This document shows positions 31,856 through 42,093 of a stretch of 64,000 bases of DNA, one piece after another. Within the stretch, counting starts at the first letter, position 1, and every line of letters begins with the position of its first letter. The DNA is from a virus (taxonomy: Duplodnaviria; Caudoviricetes). The stretch lies in the IMG/VR virus record IMGVR_UViG_3300042566_001028, positions 1-64,000 of that record. One strand, given 5' to 3'. The notes beneath the pieces were generated by a model that made no database searches, was not told the origin of the DNA, and was given only the letters and a program-made list of their open reading frames with translations. The position numbers and the translations under genes are program-made.

Positions 31856-32162
31856 TTTATATACAGTTATCATATCAATCGTAACCGTATTAGGTTCAGC
31901 AGGAGCTTTTCGTTATTATGAAAAGAGGCAAATGCATAAAGAAAGAGATGAAGATTTTATCAGACATGATTGCAAAGACCGTATCTCTAAATTAGAAGGA
32001 TTGTTAGAAGCTGCGTCAAGAGAAAAAGATGACCTACGTTCAATGGTATTGGCACTTACAAAAGAAGTTGCTGCATTGAGTGTTAAAGTTGAATTTCTTA
32101 CAAAAGAAAATGATAAATTGGAGAAGGCATTACCAAAAGCAAAGAAACAATTAAATGGGTAA
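31848..32162 (+). CDS. membrane-anchored coiled-coil protein
   Basis: N-terminal TM helix followed by a heptad-rich region; start uncertain (31836-31848). Confidence 0.6.
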   Translation: MDNLYTVIISIVTVLGSAGAFRYYEKRQMHKERDEDFIRHDCKDRISKLEGLLEAASREKDDLRSMVLALTKEVAALSVKVEFLTKENDKLEKALPKAKKQLNG

Positions 32163-32997
32163 AAGCGGATTCATAGAAGGGATGTGGAATGGTTTAAAAG
32201 TAGAATTTGGAAAAGTATATTCCAATCTAAATGCATTTGCGTTTAATCCTATAAATGAAGCTGAAACCAAAAAATTAAGAATATTTGATTTTGACGATAC
32301 AATAGTTAAAACAAAATCTCACATATACATTACACATGGTGACGGAAAAAAATCAAAATTAACTCCTGGTGAATATGCAATATATGAACCAAAAGACGGA
32401 GACAACTATGATTTTTCAGATTTTGAACAAGTTAAGCAACCGCAAGAAATTAAAGGTGTTACTAAATTATTAAAAACAGTAGCAAGAGCAGAGGGTGAAA
32501 GAAAGGTTGTAATATTAACCGCAAGAGCTGCATACAAACCTGTTAAGGATTATTTACAAGATATTGGATTGGAAGGAATATATGTGGTTGCATTGGCATC
32601 TAATAACCCACAAGACAAAGCAGATTGGATTGAAGATAAAATTAAAGCAGGATATAACGATGTATTTTTTATAGACGATTCTCATAAAAACATTACCGCA
32701 GTAAACAAACTTAAAGAAAAATATCCTAATATCAAAATGAAGGTTAGTCATGTGAAACACGATATACCTGCACCACCAAAACAATCTGATATGAAATCCC
32801 AAAAAGATAAGGAAGCAACAAAGCCAGTTGAACCTAAAAAAAACGACATGAGTTTAAAATCATTGTTACCAAAAGATTTGGATAAAAAAATTAAAAACCC
32901 AGAAACGGGTAAAATGATTAAAATTAAATCAGCATTACAATACGACAAATCATCAAAAGCACATAAAGCAGCTGAGTTCGCATTAAAAAAGAAATAA
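32155..32997 (+). CDS. HAD-superfamily phosphatase with basic C-terminal extension
   Basis: FDFDDT, ILTAR, K, FIDDS; tail KIKNPETGKMIKIKSAL. Confidence 0.75.
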   Translation: MGKSGFIEGMWNGLKVEFGKVYSNLNAFAFNPINEAETKKLRIFDFDDTIVKTKSHIYITHGDGKKSKLTPGEYAIYEPKDGDNYDFSDFEQVKQPQEIKGVTKLLKTVARAEGERKVVILTARAAYKPVKDYLQDIGLEGIYVVALASNNPQDKADWIEDKIKAGYNDVFFIDDSHKNITAVNKLKEKYPNIKMKVSHVKHDIPAPPKQSDMKSQKDKEATKPVEPKKNDMSLKSLLPKDLDKKIKNPETGKMIKIKSALQYDKSSKAHKAAEFALKKK

Positions 32998-33000
32998 GTT

Positions 33001-33447
33001 ATGATATACCTTTTAACGGGTCAGCCTGGAAGTGGTAAAACTACTTTGGGCAAGAAGTTACAAATATGGTTACAAACTGATAAGAAAAATTGGAGAAAAT
33101 CCGTATTTCATATTGACGGAGACCAATTAAGAGAATTATTCCCAAATACAGACTATTCCAAAGAAGGAAGATATAAGAACATTAACAAAGCATTTGATAT
33201 AGCAAAGTTTTTAGATGCATCGGGGAACGATGTCGTAATATCATTAGTTAGTCCTTATAAAGAATTAAGAGATGAATTTAAGTCTCAATGCAAGATACAA
33301 GAGATATATTGTCATACAAAAAAAATTAGAGGTAGAGAAGATAAGTTTGCATTAGATTACGAACCACCTACCGAATTTTATATAGATTTAGATACATCGG
33401 ACACCATCGATAATACATTTAATAAGTTGATAAAAATATTAATTTGA
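33001..33447 (+). CDS. cysC: adenylyl-sulfate kinase
   Basis: TGQPGSGKTT, IDGDQLR, VISLVSPY, YEPP. Confidence 0.8.
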   Translation: MIYLLTGQPGSGKTTLGKKLQIWLQTDKKNWRKSVFHIDGDQLRELFPNTDYSKEGRYKNINKAFDIAKFLDASGNDVVISLVSPYKELRDEFKSQCKIQEIYCHTKKIRGREDKFALDYEPPTEFYIDLDTSDTIDNTFNKLIKILI

Positions 33448-33480
33448 TATACTTATAATTACAATTAAATAGTTATTAGT

Positions 33481-34092
33481 ATGGAAAATGAAGAAATTCA
33501 ACAAGAGGAAGGATTTTTCCCAAACATAGAAAGTAGTAAAACAACAAAAAGAGGATTGGGTGCCAGACCATTATTAGAATCCCAAATTAAAGCAGCACAA
33601 GAAAAATGCAAGTCTGCGTTCGAAGCAGCAAGATTATTGGGTGTATCATATAACACTTATAAGAAATATGCAAAACTTTATGGTATTTTTGAAGACTTGA
33701 AAAATCCGTATGGTATTGGAATTGAAAAGGCCAAAAAAATAAAAAACAAAAAATATCACATTGACGATATAATTGATGGTAAACACATGCACTACCCATT
33801 ACATAAGTTTAAGAATAAATTATTTTTAAGTGGATATATTCCAAAAATTTGTAGTAGTTGTGGGTTTAGCGAAGAAAGAATTACGGATGGTAAAATGCCA
33901 TTACTTATAGATTTTTTAGATGGTAATTTGAATAACCGTAAATTAGATAACATCAGAGCCCTTTGTTACAACTGTTTCTTTTTATTAGTAGGAGAAAGAA
34001 ATGTGAAAAATTGGTATGCAGAAAATGGTGGACAAATCACAGAAGCTGAAGAAAACTTATTAAACAATCAAAACATAGAAACAAATGAGTAA
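33481..34092 (+). CDS. HTH + degenerate HNH/Zn-finger protein
   Basis: EAARLLGVSYNT HTH; CSSCG...LIDFLDGNLNN..NIRALCYNC. Confidence 0.65.
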   Translation: MENEEIQQEEGFFPNIESSKTTKRGLGARPLLESQIKAAQEKCKSAFEAARLLGVSYNTYKKYAKLYGIFEDLKNPYGIGIEKAKKIKNKKYHIDDIIDGKHMHYPLHKFKNKLFLSGYIPKICSSCGFSEERITDGKMPLLIDFLDGNLNNRKLDNIRALCYNCFFLLVGERNVKNWYAENGGQITEAEENLLNNQNIETNE

Positions 34093-34492
34093 GGAACGAA
34101 AATATCTCCCTACATTGGCAGAATTAATTGATAGATTGAGTATTTCACAATTAAAAGAAGTATTCATTACGGAACACAAAGAAGAATATGCACAAGAAAT
34201 TGCAGACATAGTAAATGATATTCAAATTTGTATTGAAACAGGAACTGAACCTGTTACCGCTGAAACCATTAGAGCAATTGTTGTTTTATCCCAAATGAAT
34301 TTACATATTTGGCATAATGAAAGTGCAGTTCGTAAAGGAACGGCTGGCCCTGCTAATTTAGCATTGACACATGGTTTGAATGGTATTAGAAATACTGCAA
34401 AGAATAAAATACAAGAAGTAGTGGGTGGTAGAAAGGATTATAAGATTGATTGTTTAGCGTCTGAATTTAAAGATTGGGAAATTAGTTGGTAA
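34085..34492 (+). CDS. hypothetical protein
   Basis: LAELIDRLSISQLK, NLHIWHNE and NGIRN..KNKI helical motifs. Confidence 0.6.
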   Translation: MSKERKYLPTLAELIDRLSISQLKEVFITEHKEEYAQEIADIVNDIQICIETGTEPVTAETIRAIVVLSQMNLHIWHNESAVRKGTAGPANLALTHGLNGIRNTAKNKIQEVVGGRKDYKIDCLASEFKDWEISW

Positions 34493-34516
34493 TTTCAAAT
34501 ATTTGTTGTATATTTA
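34485..34516 (+). promoter_or_regulatory. Bacteroidota-type promoter for the Fe-S genes
   Basis: GTTGG 34485 and TATATTTA 34509. Confidence 0.6.
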
Positions 34517-34538
34517 TGTATGACCAAAATCATATATT

Positions 34539-34949
34539 ATGGCTTATAGCGAAAAAGTAATTGACCATTATCAAAATCCCAAAAATGTAGGAACTTTGGA
34601 CAAATCAAAATCCAATGTAGGAACAGGTTTAGTGGGTGCACCGGAATGTGGTGATGTAATGAGACTACAAATAGAAGTAAACGACAATATCATAACCGAT
34701 GCAAAGTTTAAAACATTTGGTTGTGGGAGTGCTATCGCAGCATCTTCATTGGCAACGGAGTGGTTGAAAGGTATGACATTAGAAGAAGCAGTTAAAATGG
34801 ATAATATGGAGTTAGTAGAGGAATTAAATTTACCTCCAGTTAAAATTCACTGTTCAGTATTAGCAGAAGATGCTATCAAATCTGCGATAAATGATTATAG
34901 ACAAAAACAAGGATTAGAACAATTGGTGTTTGAAGAATCACATATATAA
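34539..34949 (+). CDS. iscU: Fe-S cluster scaffold IscU
   Basis: YSEKVIDHY, GAPECGDVM, KTFGCGSAIA, LPPVKIHCSVLAEDA. Confidence 0.97.
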   Translation: MAYSEKVIDHYQNPKNVGTLDKSKSNVGTGLVGAPECGDVMRLQIEVNDNIITDAKFKTFGCGSAIAASSLATEWLKGMTLEEAVKMDNMELVEELNLPPVKIHCSVLAEDAIKSAINDYRQKQGLEQLVFEESHI

Positions 34950-34959
34950 AAAATAAAGT

Positions 34960-35268
34960 ATGAGTTATATTATTGGAAAGAGTTGTGTTGATTGTATGGA
35001 TACTGCATGTGCAAGTGTGTGTCCGGTAGATTGTATTCATGGCCCGATTGATATAGATGGTTCGGGTGGTGAAATTGAAAGAGATGGTAGAGAGGCATTT
35101 CCAGGTGGGCAAATGTATATCAATCCCGATACTTGTATAAATTGTGGAGCATGTGTTCCAGAATGTCCTGTTTCTGCAATTTATGAAGATGAGGATTTAG
35201 CAATTAAAGCCGGTGATGAAGTATCGGTGCATAAGAATTACGAATTTTTCGGACTAAAATACGCATAA
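34960..35268 (+). CDS. 7Fe/8Fe ferredoxin
   Basis: CVDC...CASVCPVDCI and CINCGACVPECPV. Confidence 0.9.
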   Translation: MSYIIGKSCVDCMDTACASVCPVDCIHGPIDIDGSGGEIERDGREAFPGGQMYINPDTCINCGACVPECPVSAIYEDEDLAIKAGDEVSVHKNYEFFGLKYA

Positions 35269-35591
35269 TGGTAACAGTATCAGAAGGTGCAGCAAAAAAA
35301 TTAAACTCACTCATCGAAGAAAGTGGGTTCAAAACTCCATTTGTTAGAGTGGCGGTTAAAGGTGGTGGGTGTAGTGGATTGTCATACGACCTTTCATTTG
35401 ATACCGACCAACAAACAGGAGATACTCTTGCAGAAAATAATGGAGTAAAAATCTTAATAGACAACAAATCGTTACTATATCTTTTCGGAACTGAATTGGA
35501 TTTTTCAGACGGACTTAATGGTAAGGGATTCCAATTTATAAATCCCAATGCATCCCGAACCTGTGGATGTGGTGAAAGTTTTGCACTATAA
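35268..35591 (+). CDS. iscA: A-type Fe-S carrier IscA/HesB
   Basis: GGGCSGLSY, NPNA..TCGCGESF. Confidence 0.95.
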   Translation: MVTVSEGAAKKLNSLIEESGFKTPFVRVAVKGGGCSGLSYDLSFDTDQQTGDTLAENNGVKILIDNKSLLYLFGTELDFSDGLNGKGFQFINPNASRTCGCGESFAL

Positions 35592-35612
35592 TGTGGATAA
35601 AATTAATAAGTT

Positions 35613-35813
35613 ATGTCTCTAAAACCTTCTAAAGAAAACTTAAGTAAAACGGAAAAACCTACAAAATTTGAATACATATTTGAAGATGAAGATTCAAAAT
35701 CTATCTGGAAGTATGACTTAAAGAAATTCCCGAATGGGCCCGTTTCGGTTGAATATCATTGGAAGGCACACTACCTTAAAGAATTGGCAATTCGTCAAAA
35801 AAGAGGAAGATAA
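35613..35813 (+). CDS. hypothetical protein
   Basis: 66 aa; SIWKYDLKK.PNGP. Confidence 0.55.
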   Translation: MSLKPSKENLSKTEKPTKFEYIFEDEDSKSIWKYDLKKFPNGPVSVEYHWKAHYLKELAIRQKRGR

Positions 35814-35845
35814 TTTGGTAATATCAAAAATCTTTCTTATATTTA
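35814..35845 (+). promoter_or_regulatory. Bacteroidota-type promoter
   Basis: TTTGG 35814 and TATATTTA 35838. Confidence 0.75.
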
Positions 35846-35868
35846 GTTAACAAACAAAAAACAGAATT

Positions 35869-36051
35869 ATGGCTAGTAAGAAGCAAGAAATTTTTGAAAC
35901 AATGAAATCGTTGTTCGTAAAATTTGAAGAAGAGCACAACAAGACAACAAAAGTATCTCAAAAGAATGCAAGAACGCATATCGGTGACTTAAAAAAATTA
36001 GTTACAGATTATCGTCAGGCCTCAGTAGAAGAAACTAAAACATCAAATTAA
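35869..36051 (+). CDS. Hc1/histone H1-like small basic protein
   Basis: K....NAR....LKKL...YRQASVE resembles the Hc1 family pattern. Confidence 0.55.
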   Translation: MASKKQEIFETMKSLFVKFEEEHNKTTKVSQKNARTHIGDLKKLVTDYRQASVEETKTSN

Positions 36052-36058
36052 ACCCAAC

Positions 36059-36092
36059 AGGGTGGAACATATCGTCTCCACCCTTTATTTTT
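36059..36092 (+). terminator. intrinsic terminator
   Basis: AGGGTGGA/TCCACCCT stem followed by TTATTTTT. Confidence 0.7.
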
Positions 36093-36112
36093 TAACAAAA
36101 AACAAAACAAAC

Positions 36113-39100
36113 ATGAAAAAAACGATTCTATCGTTGTTCCTTTCAGTATCAGTTTTAATGGGATTCGGTCAAGTTACCACATCCTCTATTTCTGGTGTAG
36201 TTAAGAACGAAAAACAAGAAGTGTTGGTAGGTGCTACAATACATGTAGTTCACACTCCAACAGGTACAAGTTACAAAACCGTAACAAATAAGAATGGTGT
36301 TTATGCATTACCTGCTGTAAGAGTGGGTGGCCCATATACATTACATGCTTCATTTGTCGGATTTAGAAAAGGTGAAGAAACGGATGTAAACACTCAATTG
36401 GGTGTAACTACAAACGTGAACTTTACATTAGTGGATGAGAAGACTGCTCTTAAAGAAGTAGTTGTGACTGGAACAAAATCTGGATTATTCTCAAAAGAAA
36501 AGACAGGTGCAGCACAACAATTTACTCGTAGAGAATTACAAACTATTCCAATTACAGGAGCAAGAACAATCAATGGTATTACTAAATACAATCCATTCGG
36601 TGATGGTTCTTCATTTGGAGCACAAGATTCTCGTTTAAACAACTTCACAATTGATGGTTCTCAATTTAATAACAACTTCGGGTTAGGTTCATCTGCACAA
36701 GCGGGTGGTAGAACTGGTGCAAGTGCTATTTCATTGGATGCGATTGACCAATTACAGGTGAATGTTGCCCCATTTGATATCCGTCAGTCTGGGTTTACTG
36801 GTGCTGGTATCAATGCAGTAACAAGAAGTGGTACAAATGAAGTGGAAGGTAGTGTTTATCAAACACAAAGAGATAATAGTTCTCGTTATGTTGGTGATAA
36901 TGCTAAAGGAACAAAAGTAACTGCATCTAAATTTGATGAGAAGGTACAAGGTTTCCGTTTAGGGGCACCAATTATTAAGAACAAATTATTTATCTTTGGT
37001 AACTACGAATCAATTGAAAGAACTGAGCCAGGTACAACTTGGATTTCAACAGGTTCTCCATTGGCAGGTTCACAAGTAAGTAGACCAACTTTCCAACAAT
37101 TGACTGACCTTTCTAAATTTATGAAAGATAAGTTCAATTATGAAACAGGTCCATTTGAAGGTTATTCTAACACAAACACATCTAACAAATTTTTAGTTCG
37201 TGTTGATTGGAATATTAACGATAAGAACAAATTAACTGCTCGTTATGTGTTCCATAATTCTGAAGCACAAATCGGAATTTCAAATTCAAATTCGGCGGGT
37301 GCGGGAAGTAGAACACAAAACATCAACGCAATGTCTTTCCAAAATAGTGGATATACTATTCAGGATAATACTCGTTCAGCAGTATTGGAATTAAACTCTA
37401 AGATTTCAAATACATTATACAATAACTTAATTGTATCGTATGACAAACAAATTGAGAACAGAGGTTATATGAGCCAAATGTTCCCAACGATTGATATCTT
37501 ACAATCTACCCCAACTCTTACATCAGTAGGATTTGACCCATTCACTCCGGGTAACAAATTAGATTACAATACTTTTAATGTAACTAACAACTTAACAAAA
37601 TATGCAGGTAAGCATACTTTGGTTGGTGGTTTTAACTTCCAAAAGTATCAATCAAATAACTTATTTTTCCCCGCATCTAATGGTGTTTACATCTTTAATA
37701 GTTTAAATGATTTCTACACTGCAGCTAATCAATCATTAGCAAATGGTGGAAGACCATCTACATTTGCACCTGCAAGATTTCAATTCCGTTACTCGGCATT
37801 ACCAGGAGCAATTGAACCAATGCAAACTTTAAAATCAGATAGATTAGATTTATACTTACAAGATGAATATAACGCAACTAGAGATTTGAAATTAACATTT
37901 GGTGCAAGAGTAAACATCATTGGTTTTGAAAATACGGCATTAGAAAACAAAGCAGTAACTGCAATGACTTTTGCAAATGGTGAAAAATTAAATACAGGTC
38001 TAATGCCTAAAACACAAGTTCTTTTTGAACCAAGATTAGGTTTCAACTACGACTTGAAAGGACAAAAGAAAACACAATTTAGAGGTGGTACTGGTGTATT
38101 CACAGGTAGACCTCCTTATGTATTCTTATCTAACCAAATCGGTAACAATGGTGTGTTGACAGGATTTATTGATGTGACAGGAGCAGCGGCAGCCCAATAT
38201 GGTTTCACTGCCGACCCTAACAAATATTTCATCCCATCAACTCCACAATTGCCTTCAACATTTGACTTAGCATTAACTGACCCTAACTACAAATTCCCAC
38301 AAGTTTGGAAAACAAATTTGGCAGTAGACCAAAAGTTACCATTCTTCGGATTAGTAGCAAGTGCTGAATATCTTTATAATAAAACACTTAACGCAGTTCA
38401 TTACTACGAAGCTAATTTAAGAGCACCTGTTGGAACTTTGGGTGGCGTAGATAACAGACCTCGTTTCGGTGGTACGGATGCAACTGTGAGAGTAAATAAC
38501 AATGTAAGTAGAGCAATAGTTCTTACAAATAGAGATGGTGCATATCACGAATCATTGACATTGAAATTAGAGAAACCATATCAAAAAGGTTTCTGGGGTT
38601 CATTCGCTTGGACAACTGCTAACTCAAAAGACTTTATGAGTGCGGGTTCAATCGCTAGTGGTAGTTGGCAATCAGCTTTATCAGTAGCAGGTAACAACGA
38701 TTTAGGATTATCGTTTGCCGACCAATTTGTTAAAAACAGATTCGTAGGTTTATTAGGATATAGAATTGAATATGGTTCTAAATATGGTGGAGCTACTACA
38801 TTTACATTAGGTTATGTAGGACAACAAGGTAATCCATATTCTTATGTTGTAACAAGTAGTTCAACTGCAGATTTCAATGGAGATAGAGTATATAATAACG
38901 ATTTAATTTTCGTTCCAATGAAAGGTTCGGATATGAAATTTACTAGTTTTACTTCAGGTGGTAAAACATTTACTGAAGCAGAACAACAAGCTGCATTTGA
39001 TAAGTTTATCGGACAAGATAAATACTTATCAACTCGTAGAGGTCAATATGCTGAAAGAAATGGTGGTTTATTACCTTACTTACATAGATTTGATTTATCG

Positions 39101-39403
39101 GTAGCACAAGATGTATTTGTTAAAATTGGTGGAAAGAGAAATGCTTTCCAAATCAGAGCAGATATCTTAAACTTCGGTAATATGATTGACAATAAGTTTG
39201 GTGTTTCACAAAGAGCTACGGCACCTCAAATTTTGAACTTTGTAAGCAGAGATGCAGTTACAAATGTTCCAACATTTAGATTGGCAACACAAAGATTAAC
39301 AGATGGTTCTACTATTTTAGCTAGAGATAGTTATCAGTACAACTCATCAGTATTTGATGTATGGTCTGCACAATTAGGTATCCGTTACATCTTCGGTAAA
39401 TAA
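36113..39403 (+). CDS. TonB-dependent outer membrane receptor (Oar-like)
   Basis: Signal peptide MKKTILSLFL..FGQ, carboxypeptidase-regulatory-like N-domain, EVVVTG, GFTGAGINAVTRSGTN plug, C-terminal QLGIRYIF; start reassigned to ATG 36113. Confidence 0.9.
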   Translation: MKKTILSLFLSVSVLMGFGQVTTSSISGVVKNEKQEVLVGATIHVVHTPTGTSYKTVTNKNGVYALPAVRVGGPYTLHASFVGFRKGEETDVNTQLGVTTNVNFTLVDEKTALKEVVVTGTKSGLFSKEKTGAAQQFTRRELQTIPITGARTINGITKYNPFGDGSSFGAQDSRLNNFTIDGSQFNNNFGLGSSAQAGGRTGASAISLDAIDQLQVNVAPFDIRQSGFTGAGINAVTRSGTNEVEGSVYQTQRDNSSRYVGDNAKGTKVTASKFDEKVQGFRLGAPIIKNKLFIFGNYESIERTEPGTTWISTGSPLAGSQVSRPTFQQLTDLSKFMKDKFNYETGPFEGYSNTNTSNKFLVRVDWNINDKNKLTARYVFHNSEAQIGISNSNSAGAGSRTQNINAMSFQNSGYTIQDNTRSAVLELNSKISNTLYNNLIVSYDKQIENRGYMSQMFPTIDILQSTPTLTSVGFDPFTPGNKLDYNTFNVTNNLTKYAGKHTLVGGFNFQKYQSNNLFFPASNGVYIFNSLNDFYTAANQSLANGGRPSTFAPARFQFRYSALPGAIEPMQTLKSDRLDLYLQDEYNATRDLKLTFGARVNIIGFENTALENKAVTAMTFANGEKLNTGLMPKTQVLFEPRLGFNYDLKGQKKTQFRGGTGVFTGRPPYVFLSNQIGNNGVLTGFIDVTGAAAAQYGFTADPNKYFIPSTPQLPSTFDLALTDPNYKFPQVWKTNLAVDQKLPFFGLVASAEYLYNKTLNAVHYYEANLRAPVGTLGGVDNRPRFGGTDATVRVNNNVSRAIVLTNRDGAYHESLTLKLEKPYQKGFWGSFAWTTANSKDFMSAGSIASGSWQSALSVAGNNDLGLSFADQFVKNRFVGLLGYRIEYGSKYGGATTFTLGYVGQQGNPYSYVVTSSSTADFNGDRVYNNDLIFVPMKGSDMKFTSFTSGGKTFTEAEQQAAFDKFIGQDKYLSTRRGQYAERNGGLLPYLHRFDLSVAQDVFVKIGGKRNAFQIRADILNFGNMIDNKFGVSQRATAPQILNFVSRDAVTNVPTFRLATQRLTDGSTILARDSYQYNSSVFDVWSAQLGIRYIFGK

Positions 39404-39428
39404 GATTACGCAGTCAAAATATACTCAC

Positions 39429-39460
39429 AATCCCTCACCTTAAAAAGTGGGGGATTTTTT
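39429..39460 (+). terminator. intrinsic terminator
   Basis: AATCCCTCAC/GTGGGGGATT stem plus T-tract. Confidence 0.8.
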
Positions 39461-39461
39461 A

Positions 39462-39493
39462 TTTGGTGGATTAAAATATTTTTCGTATATTAG
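39462..39493 (+). promoter_or_regulatory. Bacteroidota-type promoter for groEL
   Basis: TTTGG 39462 and TATATTAG 39486. Confidence 0.75.
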
Positions 39494-39516
39494 AGTATAA
39501 ACAAAAAACAAAATAG

Positions 39517-41139
<1,623 letters not shown>

Positions 41140-41164
41140 TAAATAAAACAATAAAACAAAACAA

Positions 41165-41371
41165 ATGGCAAAGTATTATTCAGTACAAGTAGCAATCGAA
41201 GTAGAAGATGCTAAAGGTAAGATTAAAAAACAAAAAGAAAACTATTTAGTAGACGCAATGTCGGTGACAGAAGCAGAAGCTAAGTTGGTAAACAAATTCA
41301 TTGAAGAAGCAGTTAAGCTTGAATATGAAGTAGTAAAAGTATCGGAAACAAACATTATTGAAGTATTCTAA
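41165..41371 (+). CDS. DUF4494-like protein
   Basis: KKQKENYLVDAMSVTEAEA motif typical of Bacteroidota DUF4494. Confidence 0.7.
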   Translation: MAKYYSVQVAIEVEDAKGKIKKQKENYLVDAMSVTEAEAKLVNKFIEEAVKLEYEVVKVSETNIIEVF

Positions 41372-41372
41372 T

Positions 41373-41621
41373 ATGGAAAAAGAACTCAAAGAACAAAAGG
41401 AATTAGTCCTTAAAAGAGTTCCACCCGGAGATAGATGGATATTTGCTGACTTAAAAAATAGTGCAGTATATCCATCTCTCACCGATGCTTTGGAAGCTTG
41501 GTATCAAACAAATGGTGATACTAACTTTTATATCGAAGCTAGAAAGGGAACTGTAGAAATTATTAGACAAGAAGAAGTAGAAATACCCGTTAAAAGATTT
41601 TCTCTATATGGAGAGGATTAA
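41373..41621 (+). CDS. hypothetical protein
   Basis: RVPPGDRW motif; start reassigned to ATG 41373. Confidence 0.6.
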   Translation: MEKELKEQKELVLKRVPPGDRWIFADLKNSAVYPSLTDALEAWYQTNGDTNFYIEARKGTVEIIRQEEVEIPVKRFSLYGED

Positions 41622-41675
41622 TTTAACTAAAAATTTTTAATATTTATATTTAATTCTAAACAAAAACAAAAAACA

Positions 41676-41933
41676 ATGAGTACATTCGTATTATTCGTAG
41701 TTGCAGTGGCAGTAGCAGGTGCAGTTACTTATATCCTTATGAAAAAGGGTACAATCGCAGACGCAAACAACAACAACATTCCAGATACAATCGAAGAAAA
41801 GATTGAAGAAGCTAAAGTTGTAGTTAAGAAAGCAAAAGCTAAAGTTGAAAAAGCTAAAGAAGTTGTAGCAGAAGTTAAAAAAGTAGCTGATAAAGTTACA
41901 AAACCTGCAACTAAAAAATCAACAAAAAAATAA
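41676..41933 (+). CDS. small membrane protein with Lys-rich tail
   Basis: N-terminal TM helix, DANNNNIPD, K/A/V-rich tail. Confidence 0.6.
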   Translation: MSTFVLFVVAVAVAGAVTYILMKKGTIADANNNNIPDTIEEKIEEAKVVVKKAKAKVEKAKEVVAEVKKVADKVTKPATKKSTKK

Positions 41934-41960
41934 GTAAAGTAAATCGGAAAATAACTAAAA

Positions 41961-42092
41961 ATGGCAAAAGCAAAAGCTATCAGTTCTAATAAAACCACAT
42001 TTGGTACAAGAAAGACTGGCCCTGGTTCTGGACAAAAAAGTTTCAATAAACACACTCCAAAACCAAAAAGGTATAGAGGACAAGGTAGATAA
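41961..42092 (+). CDS. small basic protein with YRGQG motif (43 aa)
   Basis: MAKAKAISSNK...KPKRYRGQGR; below the ORF-track cutoff; A-rich leader. Confidence 0.65.
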   Translation: MAKAKAISSNKTTFGTRKTGPGSGQKSFNKHTPKPKRYRGQGR

Positions 42093-42093
42093 A

